Shown here: positions 51,399-59,087 of the stretch, piece by piece
Layout of the letters: each line of letters starts with the position of its first letter
Numbering within the stretch: the stretch's first letter is position 1
Position numbers and translations under genes: made by a program
Virus record (IMG/VR): IMGVR_UViG_3300005686_000008
Direction: 5' to 3' (one strand)
From: a virus
Taxonomy: Duplodnaviria; Caudoviricetes
DNA: 64,000 bases
The notes under the pieces: generated by a model
Told to the model about the DNA's origin: nothing
The model's database searches: none
What the model saw: only the letters and a program-made list of their open reading frames with translations

Positions 51399-51515
51399 AT
51401 AGATACTCAGTTGGATAAAGGGAGGATAAATGTTTAGATTTGGAAAGTTTGGTTTTTTGTTAGATTAAAATGGTTCAAATTTTAGGTTTTATATGCTATT
51501 GTTACTGAGTTAGTA

Positions 51516-51549
51516 GAGAACCGAGAAAAGAGAACAGAGAAATAGAGAT
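51516..51549 (+). repeat. GAGAA repeats with 7-nt period in the SSB leader
   Basis: GAGAA at 51516, 51523, 51530, 51537 and GAGAT at 51545. Confidence 0.7.
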
Positions 51550-51638
51550 TCTGAGCGTTTCAGGGTTTCGAGAAGATGTAGAAGTTAGAAATAGATGAAC
51601 TCAAACAGTTTTAGAGTTCCGAGAAAAGGAGATTAGAA

Positions 51639-52322
51639 ATGAGTAAGCTTATTGGTTGGGGCGATGTTGATAATGGTCCGAAGGGTAAGAAAGGCGGAGG
51701 CACTGATAGCAAGTATTTGAAGTTATCAGGAAGTATTCAGGGAACTTCTTTCCGCATTCGTCCAGTTGGTGATCCCTGTGCATTTTACGCATATTACGTT
51801 GCTAGCCCAGATGACCCAAAGAGGTTCAATAGGGCTATCACAGAAGACCCACAAAACTGCGTTATCGCGCAGAAGTATAATATCGAAGCCAAGCTTCGTT
51901 ATGCTACAAACGTAATCGACAGAGCTGATGGTAAGCTCAAGATTATGGAAGCACCTGCCAGCGTCTTTGAAGCAATCAAGATGTGGGCTAAGGCTGCTGG
52001 TCAAGAACCCGGCGGCAAGGGCGGCGCTGACTTCGAGATTACTGTAAAGATCCCTGCAAACGGGGACAAGAAACGCACTGAGTATAAGACCACTCCGATT
52101 ATTCAGACTCCTTGGACTGATGAGGATAGGGAGGCTGTAAAGATGGTCAATGATGGTAAGCTTTGGGATTTGGAGAAGGAATTTGCTTCAACTCCTCAAG
52201 CCGAGATTGAGGCTAAGCTCTTTGGTCCTAAGAAGACCGCTGCTACTGGTAATGCTCCCGCAGCTCCCGCTGCTGTTGCTGCAAAAGCCGGTCCTGCCAG
52301 CGCAAATGACTTTGGCTTCTAA
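51639..52322 (+). CDS. Phage single-stranded DNA-binding protein (gp32-like)
   Basis: YLKL..G...RIRP, YATNVIDRADG.LKIME, GADFEI, TEY pattern; Ala/Pro linker and DFGF tail; AAGGAG SD; upstream of recA. Confidence 0.75.
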   Translation: MSKLIGWGDVDNGPKGKKGGGTDSKYLKLSGSIQGTSFRIRPVGDPCAFYAYYVASPDDPKRFNRAITEDPQNCVIAQKYNIEAKLRYATNVIDRADGKLKIMEAPASVFEAIKMWAKAAGQEPGGKGGADFEITVKIPANGDKKRTEYKTTPIIQTPWTDEDREAVKMVNDGKLWDLEKEFASTPQAEIEAKLFGPKKTAATGNAPAAPAAVAAKAGPASANDFGF

Positions 52323-52343
52323 ATAAAACTAACAATCGTTAGT

Positions 52344-52388
52344 AAAGACGCTGTGGTTGCCCGTATATGCGGGCAACTACAGTCGTTT
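52344..52388. terminator. Probable bidirectional intrinsic terminator between the SSB and HNH genes
   Basis: ctgtggttgcccg-tatatg-cgggcaactacag 13-bp stem with one G-U pair, extended by agacg/cgttt; flanking genes are convergent. Confidence 0.7.
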
Positions 52389-52853
52389 AATGGCTTCTGC
52401 CATCTCAATTATTTCTTTATCTGTCCAGTCTTTCCTGAACATATTGAACTTGTGCGTAACAAATCTAATGTTTTCTACAACATAGCCACCTTTAGGATCT
52501 ATTCTGTCTATACTCCAGACGTTATCAGGTTTGCCTTTGCGATTAGTTTTCCCCTCTAGGTTCCACATCATCTTTTCTTTTGTAACTTCACATGTCCAGT
52601 TTATTTCTTCTAAGCGATTTAGAACCCAATCTGTAGATAGGTTGTATTGAATGTTCTTCTTTTTGCAATTAAAACGAATGGACATTAGCCTTTTTGAAAC
52701 GGCTCCTTTTTTAGTTCCTTTTCTGTAGGCCTCTATGCGTTTTTTCTCGCACTTTTTGCAGATGCTATAAAGGTATGTAGTCTTGTTCTTTGTTTTTCTT
52801 AAACTAAAGCATGAATCAGGAAATTCATTGTTACATTTGGAGCATTTTTTCAT
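52377..52853 (-). CDS. HNH-type (His-Me finger) homing endonuclease-like protein with N-terminal Zn finger
   Basis: CSKC...CKKC; SIDRID..GGY...NIRFV...FN; only minus-strand gene; ATG at 52853 preferred over track start 52922. Confidence 0.8.
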   Translation of the reverse strand: MKKCSKCNNEFPDSCFSLRKTKNKTTYLYSICKKCEKKRIEAYRKGTKKGAVSKRLMSIRFNCKKKNIQYNLSTDWVLNRLEEINWTCEVTKEKMMWNLEGKTNRKGKPDNVWSIDRIDPKGGYVVENIRFVTHKFNMFRKDWTDKEIIEMAEAIKRL

Positions 52854-52974
52854 ATGATAGTATTTCAAATAAACGCCGTTCAATTCCTTGTGACACGGCG
52901 ATGAATTTTGGTGAATTAACACTGGCCACAGCGTTTTTGTTACGACATAGAGAATAGAGATAAGGAGAATTGAA

Positions 52975-54210
52975 ATGGCGAAAAAGAATTCAGCGATAGC
53001 AAACTTTGAAGGTTTTGATTTCGGCGGCGAAGAGAATCCTACAGAGTTTATTCCAACAGGACATGCAGAACTTGATTACATTATTTCAAGCGGTCTTTTG
53101 AATAATACTGAAGACGAAGTGAATACCGGAGGGCTACCCACTGGTAAGATAGTAATGATATACGGCGGCGAAGGCGGCGGTAAGTCTTCTCTTGCGTATG
53201 CGATTTGCGGTTCAGCGCAAAGAATGGGTAAGATTGCTATTTGGGTTGATGTTGAGAACTCTTTCAGCGAGTCTCTTGCAAAGATTAATGGCGTAGATCG
53301 TTCTAGGCTTGGTCTTAAAACGATGTACGATAAGAAGAATCCAGATAAACCTTTTGATGGCGAATATGCTCTTGATTGCGTAATGGATGCTTGTAAAAAG
53401 GGAGCAGGAGTTGTTGTTCTTGACTCTGTTGCAAGCCTTGTTCCTCGTTATGTAATGGAAAATCCTGCTGAGAAAGATACGATGGCTGCTCTTGCTCGTT
53501 TGCTTGGCAAGACAGTTAATAAGATTGCAAGTCTTGCAGCAGCAAACAATGTTCTTGTTATTTTCATCAATCAACTTAGAATATCTCCCGGGGTTGCATT
53601 CAAGAATCCAGAGGGATATCCCGGAGGCAAGGCAATTGCCCATGCTTCATCTGTTATCCTTAAGTTGAATAAGAAGACGGCTAAGGATTCTTATACATAC
53701 ATTGAAGATGATAATGGAGAGCAAAAGATGATTGCCGGCGCAGCGAATATCTTCATTGAGAAGAATCGTTTTGCTCCTCCTCACTTTGGGGCTATTCAAA
53801 TTCCAATTTACTACGAACACTACTTCCCTCAAGTTGAAGAGACTGTATTTGAGGCAGGTCGTCAGACTAAGACAATATCTGTTCGTAATGGGGTATTTTC
53901 TTGGAATGGCATTAAGAAAGAGGGTAAGAAGGCGTTTATCGCTGAAATCATGGCGAAAAACAAGCTTGATGAACTCGTTGCAGCAATTAGAGAAGATGCT
54001 AGCGAAAGCAAGACAATTCTTCCTACAGCAGTATTGAACTATGAAAAGCATGTTGCCTTTACTGCCAAGAATAAAGAGAAACTTGCAAAGGGAAAGGCGA
54101 AGGCCGATGCTGATGCAAAGAAAGCCGAGAAAGAAAAAGATGTAGATGATATTCTTGGCGGTGGAGAGAGCGAAACGGAGGTTCCGAAAGCCGACAATCC
54201 TGAGTTATGA
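52975..54210 (+). CDS. recA: RecA recombinase
   Basis: IPTG..ELD, GGLPTGKI..IYGGEGGGKS, VDVE, LDSVASL, IFINQLR, PGGKA, EKNRFAPP. Confidence 0.93.
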   Translation: MAKKNSAIANFEGFDFGGEENPTEFIPTGHAELDYIISSGLLNNTEDEVNTGGLPTGKIVMIYGGEGGGKSSLAYAICGSAQRMGKIAIWVDVENSFSESLAKINGVDRSRLGLKTMYDKKNPDKPFDGEYALDCVMDACKKGAGVVVLDSVASLVPRYVMENPAEKDTMAALARLLGKTVNKIASLAAANNVLVIFINQLRISPGVAFKNPEGYPGGKAIAHASSVILKLNKKTAKDSYTYIEDDNGEQKMIAGAANIFIEKNRFAPPHFGAIQIPIYYEHYFPQVEETVFEAGRQTKTISVRNGVFSWNGIKKEGKKAFIAEIMAKNKLDELVAAIREDASESKTILPTAVLNYEKHVAFTAKNKEKLAKGKAKADADAKKAEKEKDVDDILGGGESETEVPKADNPEL

Positions 54211-54983
54211 TAGTTCATTTTTCAGAAGTAGATCGCAACAAAATCGCAACACTTGCCCAAAAAACATTGTGGGAAGAAGAAAGCGAAGATGTATTTGAAG
54301 CGCTCAAATATCTGAGAGAAGAGAGATGTCTTTCAGATGAAGTAATAAAGGCGTTCCGCTTCGGATACTATCCTCAGAGATTGAAAGCAGAGGGGCATGA
54401 CTGGGCCGGAAGGCTCATCATGCCATTGTATGACCAACATGACAAGTTAATCGTTCTTACATCTAGAGATTTCAGATGTAAGGATAAGACCAAAATGCCT
54501 CACCTTCATGAAAAGTTTGATAAGAAGTTCTTCATGTTTGGTATGAATGTTGCTAAATCAAGTATTATACAAAGACAGAAAGCAATAGTGGTAGAAGGGC
54601 AGTTTGATACGGCCTGCTCTCATACAAAAGGTTTTACTATGGCTGTTGGAATTCTAGGTAGCGCTTTTAGCCCGTATCATCTATGCGTATTATCTAGATA
54701 TTGTAATGATATTTTCTTGTCGTTTGATGCTGATGATTCTGGATTTAAGAATCTGAGTCGTTCTATAAGAATGTATAGAGATTTTGGTTTAGAGTCTTTT
54801 GGTATTCGTTTTATTCCGGTTGTTCTTCCAAAGCATAAAGACCCGGATGAGTTTTTGAAGAAAGAAACACCTGCTGATTATTTGGAACTTCTTAAAGAAG
54901 CAAAAAGCAAAGTTGAAGAACTAGGCGTTCTTAAATACTGCTATAGACTTGCTAGTATGAATAATAAGATAGAGATTGATTAA
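54207..54983 (+). CDS. dnaG: DNA primase catalytic core (TOPRIM), lacking the zinc-binding domain
   Basis: YL..ER.LS...I..F.FGY.P, GRLIMP, VVEGQFD, FDADDSG, KDPDE. Confidence 0.85.
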   Translation: MIVHFSEVDRNKIATLAQKTLWEEESEDVFEALKYLREERCLSDEVIKAFRFGYYPQRLKAEGHDWAGRLIMPLYDQHDKLIVLTSRDFRCKDKTKMPHLHEKFDKKFFMFGMNVAKSSIIQRQKAIVVEGQFDTACSHTKGFTMAVGILGSAFSPYHLCVLSRYCNDIFLSFDADDSGFKNLSRSIRMYRDFGLESFGIRFIPVVLPKHKDPDEFLKKETPADYLELLKEAKSKVEELGVLKYCYRLASMNNKIEID

Positions 54984-54992
54984 GGAATAGAT

Positions 54993-55994
54993 ATGGCTAT
55001 CGCTCAACCACCTGAAGTAACAAACATAATGAACGTTCTTAATACGTTTCTGAAATGGAAAAGCCTTAATGGGCCACCAAGAGGTTATACCTCATACCAT
55101 CCGTCCTCGTTTGGTGGATGTCTTCGAAAAGCTCAGTATCAAAGGTATATGGATATGGGTCTAGTTAAGGCTGAAGCTGCCGAGCAAGAGCCTAAGACAG
55201 TCAGAATTTTTGATACGGGTCATAGTATGCATTCTCGTTGGGCGCATTATTTTGAACAGATTGGCGTTCTTAGGGGAGTATGGGAATGCGCTAATGAATG
55301 TTGTCATCTTTGGGATGATAAAGGAGAGTTTATTGTTGGAAATCCGGGGATAGAAAATCCTGCTCTTCCAAGGAAAGGTAGAATGTATGGTCTTGATAAC
55401 AAAATAGGTTGTTTCAGGCCAAAGGTATGCGTTTGTGGTAATACCAAGTTCCGTTATCATGAAATAACAGTTGAGGATAAGGAACTTAACTTTCATGGTC
55501 ACTGCGATCAAATCCTTGATTTTTCACAGTTTGATCCGGGAATGTTCGCAAAAGGCAATAAGGTTGATGTTTTATTTAGAGCAGAAGACTTGCCAAAGAA
55601 GCCAGTTGTCTTAGATATGAAGTCTATAAACTCGTTTTCTTTCAAATCCAAGTTAGAAATGGGTCCATCGCTTGTATATAGGACTCAGTTGGTTATTTAT
55701 TGTAATCTTTTGGATTTGGATTTTGGAGTGTTAATATACGAGAATAAGGATGATTCGAATACTAAAATCTACAAAATTGATAGAAATCCTGAGATGTGGC
55801 TTAAGATCAAGGATCAAGCAAGCAAAATGAATGAAATGGTTGAAGATAAACTCCTTCCGCCTCCTAGACCTGTATCTAAGGAGGACTTTGATTGTAGGTA
55901 TTGTGAATTCCAGTCGATATGTCATAATAGTAAAGCCTGGCAAGATCCAGAACTATTGCAGAAGCGACTGAAGTTTTATGGTACATTAGAATGA
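54993..55994 (+). CDS. Cas4-like PD-(D/E)XK exonuclease
   Basis: HPSS.GGC.R, G...H, GHCD, LDMKS, QL..Y, CRYCEF..IC; no CRISPR array or other cas genes seen. Confidence 0.85.
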   Translation: MAIAQPPEVTNIMNVLNTFLKWKSLNGPPRGYTSYHPSSFGGCLRKAQYQRYMDMGLVKAEAAEQEPKTVRIFDTGHSMHSRWAHYFEQIGVLRGVWECANECCHLWDDKGEFIVGNPGIENPALPRKGRMYGLDNKIGCFRPKVCVCGNTKFRYHEITVEDKELNFHGHCDQILDFSQFDPGMFAKGNKVDVLFRAEDLPKKPVVLDMKSINSFSFKSKLEMGPSLVYRTQLVIYCNLLDLDFGVLIYENKDDSNTKIYKIDRNPEMWLKIKDQASKMNEMVEDKLLPPPRPVSKEDFDCRYCEFQSICHNSKAWQDPELLQKRLKFYGTLE

Positions 55995-56006
55995 GGAGTT
56001 TAACAA

Positions 56007-56318
56007 ATGTCGGATACTACAAATGATATTACTCTTTTGAAGGTAAAAGGAGAGGGTAGCTTTCAGGATGATAGGTCTCGTAAGGATTATGTGAAGAGTT
56101 TAGCATCCGCTATTTTAACAGTTATTGGCAAACATGGTCATGCCAAACTTAAAACGGTTGGAGCGTCGTCCGGAAATAACGCTTGGAAAGCAATAATCAT
56201 AGCAAGAGGGGAAGCTTCAAAAAAGGGACTTGACCTTGTGGTTGAGCCGTCTTTTGATAGCGCCTCGTTCGATAGTGGGGAGAAGACTGCGATTGTTCTC
56301 AAAGTTTGTCCCCGATAA
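56007..56318 (+). CDS. spoVS: Stage V sporulation protein S (SpoVS) homolog
   Basis: LKV...SLASAI...VGASSGNNAWKAIIIARG....GLDLVVEPSF......GEKTAIVLKV.PR aligns with SpoVS. Confidence 0.85.
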   Translation: MSDTTNDITLLKVKGEGSFQDDRSRKDYVKSLASAILTVIGKHGHAKLKTVGASSGNNAWKAIIIARGEASKKGLDLVVEPSFDSASFDSGEKTAIVLKVCPR

Positions 56319-56330
56319 GGAGATGTAGCA

Positions 56331-56969
56331 ATGTACGATGAAGAAGAAGTTGGCATGTCATTCTTGAAACTTAATGATATTCTAAGTGGAAATCAATCGC
56401 TAACAGACAAGTATGATATTGAACCAGTGCTTTCTGCAATGTCTCAAATGGAGAAGAAGGTTGAGTTTTTGAAAGAACTCAAAAAGAGAAGAGCTTCTCT
56501 TATTGATGAGCAGATTGCCGCTGAAGAAGCAAATATTGAAAAGCTTTGCGATGCCATTAAAAACTGTATGGCGTTGAATAAGGCAAAAACCCTTGACTTC
56601 CCTGGTGTTGGCAAGGTTTCTATTCGTAAGACAAAGGGAACCTGGACGGTTGTTGATGAGAATGGGTTACGTTCTCATCTTGAGTCTCTTAATAAGTTTG
56701 ATGATGTTTCTGAGGAAACTTGGAGATTCAAGAAGAAAGAACTCAATAAGGTTCTCGATGAACTTGAAGCCAATAACAACGCTTCAGATCATGTAAAGAG
56801 AGAGTCTGAAAAAGAATCGCTTAGCATATCATATGCTAAGGATAATTCTAGTGATGTTCCAGTTGCAGCTCCAGTTGCAGCTCCAGTTGCAGTTCCGGTT
56901 GCAGTTCCGGTTGCAGTTCCGGTTGCAAGGCCGTCTCCTGTTAAATCTTCAGATTCTTTAGTAATTTGA
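56331..56969 (+). CDS. Mu Gam/Gp157-like coiled-coil protein (putative host-nuclease inhibitor)
   Basis: Coiled coil followed by KTLDFPG.GKVSIRK...W...DE and ..KKKEL. Confidence 0.55.
   Translation: MYDEEEVGMSFLKLNDILSGNQSLTDKYDIEPVLSAMSQMEKKVEFLKELKKRRASLIDEQIAAEEANIEKLCDAIKNCMALNKAKTLDFPGVGKVSIRKTKGTWTVVDENGLRSHLESLNKFDDVSEETWRFKKKELNKVLDELEANNNASDHVKRESEKESLSISYAKDNSSDVPVAAPVAAPVAVPVAVPVAVPVARPSPVKSSDSLVI
56856..56927 (+). repeat. 12-bp tandem repeat x6 (VPVA/APVA)
   Basis: g(t/c)tcc(a/g)gttgca six times in frame. Confidence 0.95.
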
Positions 56970-57592
56970 TTATGTCTCGCGCTATTTTCATTATTGGACC
57001 TCAAGGTTCCGGCTCTTCTGCTTTGGCTGGAGCGCTACATTCTATGGGTATTCATATGGGAGATAAACTGAAAGGTTCTTCCAAATTAAACCCAAAGGGA
57101 CATTTTGAAGATGAAGAATTTGAGGATATAGCATTTCTAGAAAATGCTGATATCAATGATGTATGTAGCAGAGTTGAAGATTACATTAAGAAGAGAAATC
57201 AAAGAGAAATCTGGGGATTGAAGCTCTTTTTCATCCCCGGACTTTTCAAATTTATGTTTCCCAATCTTGATGAATGCAGAGTTTTATCTATAGATAGACC
57301 TCCAGAAGGTTGCATAAAAAGTTCTCTTGAAAAGTATGGTCATTTTAGAAGTAGAGAATCTATAGAGGACATGCATGCTCGCATTAGAAAGAATAGAGAA
57401 AGAATAATAGAAGAGTTTTGTCTTAAGAACTTAGATGTTAACTTCAATAATTTGACAGATAATACGGCCTATGAAATAGGCAGGATAGTTGATTTTTGTT
57501 TTGAAGGAATGCAAAAACCAGAGCAATCCAAGATAGACGAAGCAATTGCTTTTATAGATCCAAAGTTAAACCACAAGAGGGAGAATCTCTGA
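56966..57592 (+). CDS. Sulfotransferase-family protein
   Basis: IFIIGPQGSGSSALAG.L..MG..MG, NPKGHFED, WGLK, R.P....SS. Confidence 0.75.
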   Translation: MIMSRAIFIIGPQGSGSSALAGALHSMGIHMGDKLKGSSKLNPKGHFEDEEFEDIAFLENADINDVCSRVEDYIKKRNQREIWGLKLFFIPGLFKFMFPNLDECRVLSIDRPPEGCIKSSLEKYGHFRSRESIEDMHARIRKNRERIIEEFCLKNLDVNFNNLTDNTAYEIGRIVDFCFEGMQKPEQSKIDEAIAFIDPKLNHKRENL

Positions 57593-58377
57593 TGTATGGC
57601 GCTTCCAAAAAGATTAAGGACCAAGAAGAATCTAGGGTTCATCTAAAAGTTCTTTATGATAAGATTCCAGATACTTATGGCTGTATGGAGCATATTTCTA
57701 AGCCAGAATCAGAAGGCGGTTGCGGAGCCTGGTGTTGCAGACTGCAAAATCCTCAAGTATTGTATGCTGAGTTTTTGAATTCTTGGAAGTATATATCTGA
57801 GAATTTTTCAGACAAAGAGTTTATAAATCTCATAGGAAGATGTTTGAGAAAATATCTGTTCCCAACAGAAAGCAACGGCTGTGTTTTGTTTAACGAGGAT
57901 GAAAAGCTATGTTCTCAACATGATACTAGGCCTTTCAACTGTAGGATTTATGGAATAACTCCCGCAGAAGAATTTACGCCAAGATATGAAAGGTTGAAAG
58001 TAATCTATCCAGATACAAAAGAACAATGCAATCTTGTAAAAACAAAAGACGGCAGAGCTGTAACAAAAGAAGACATTGATAATTGGTGGATAGAGGTTCG
58101 TTCTGTTGATATTAGATTGGGAATAAAGCCAGAGTTTATTAATGATGGACAACTCGGTTGCTATAGAACGTATCATGATCATATACTTCTTCATATTTTA
58201 GGAGAAGCTGGACTTTCTATGTTGACTTCTCTTAGGCTGAATTCATCTAGCGAAGACAAAGAGCATGTAATCGCAAGTGTTTTGAAATCTATAGTTAAAA
58301 TGATAGGATCTTTTAAGGGGAATGCCAATGGGCAAGAAAAGAGAGATGCTACCTCCTCGCCGAGTGAAAATAGTTGA
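57592..58377 (+). CDS. YkgJ-family cysteine cluster protein
   Basis: C...CGAWCC and CVLF.....CSQHDTRPFNCRIYG. Confidence 0.8.
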   Translation: MYGASKKIKDQEESRVHLKVLYDKIPDTYGCMEHISKPESEGGCGAWCCRLQNPQVLYAEFLNSWKYISENFSDKEFINLIGRCLRKYLFPTESNGCVLFNEDEKLCSQHDTRPFNCRIYGITPAEEFTPRYERLKVIYPDTKEQCNLVKTKDGRAVTKEDIDNWWIEVRSVDIRLGIKPEFINDGQLGCYRTYHDHILLHILGEAGLSMLTSLRLNSSSEDKEHVIASVLKSIVKMIGSFKGNANGQEKRDATSSPSENS

Positions 58378-58687
58378 AAGTCAATACATAGAGGAAAGCG
58401 ATCTCATCAAGTGGACGCTTGAATACCTTGACGATGGTACTGTGCAGACCTATGTTTGGCCCAGTTGCGACCTACTGAAAGCGCTAAATATAACTAGAAC
58501 AGAGGTCGAACCTTATCATTTGAAGAAGTTTTGCAAAGATATGCTTAATAAAGAAATCAATTTTGTTATAGATAAGGAACCAGAACTACCTCAGCCAAAT
58601 ATCACAAAACAAGAATACAAAGGTTTGAGTAAAGGCCTTTGTGAACATTTCAATGTTTTCAAGAAGTCTGTCGAAAAGGAAAAGTAA
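58322..58687 (+). CDS. Hypothetical protein
   Basis: 121 aa ORF; start could be 58328. Confidence 0.55.
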   Translation: MPMGKKREMLPPRRVKIVESQYIEESDLIKWTLEYLDDGTVQTYVWPSCDLLKALNITRTEVEPYHLKKFCKDMLNKEINFVIDKEPELPQPNITKQEYKGLSKGLCEHFNVFKKSVEKEK

Positions 58688-58688
58688 T

Positions 58689-59087
58689 ATGGTTGGCTTC
58701 CTTATTAGAATATTTGGAACAAAAGATTGTGAACGTTGCCAGTCTATCGTAAAAGCATTTGAGTATCATGGCTTTCCTTTTGAATACATTGATGCTGATG
58801 CTCCTGAAAACGAAGAGCTGTGCGACAAGTATCATGTAGATGAGTTGCCTCATGTTCAGGCAATGTATGATGATAACAGTAAGGTTTTTTATACGCATAT
58901 TGGCTATATAAGCCCAATACTCTTTATTGAAAAAGCTCAAGAGCATACAAAACAGTTAGAAGAGTTTTTCAATGCGAATCTTGAGGCTGCATCAAAGAAT
59001 ATTGACATAGAAAGAATAAAGAGGCAGGCAAATGAGTCAAGACCAAGGCCAAAGCCTTGTGCAGGGTGCAAGAAAAATCTTTCTTAA
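58689..59087 (+). CDS. Glutaredoxin/thioredoxin-like protein
   Basis: IFGTKDCERC, V.ELP; AAGGA SD before ATG 58689. Confidence 0.75.
   Translation: MVGFLIRIFGTKDCERCQSIVKAFEYHGFPFEYIDADAPENEELCDKYHVDELPHVQAMYDDNSKVFYTHIGYISPILFIEKAQEHTKQLEEFFNANLEAASKNIDIERIKRQANESRPRPKPCAGCKKNLS

Noticed and set aside
54993-55994. CRISPR-Cas system
   Set aside because: Solo Cas4-like nuclease; no repeat-spacer array or other cas genes seen
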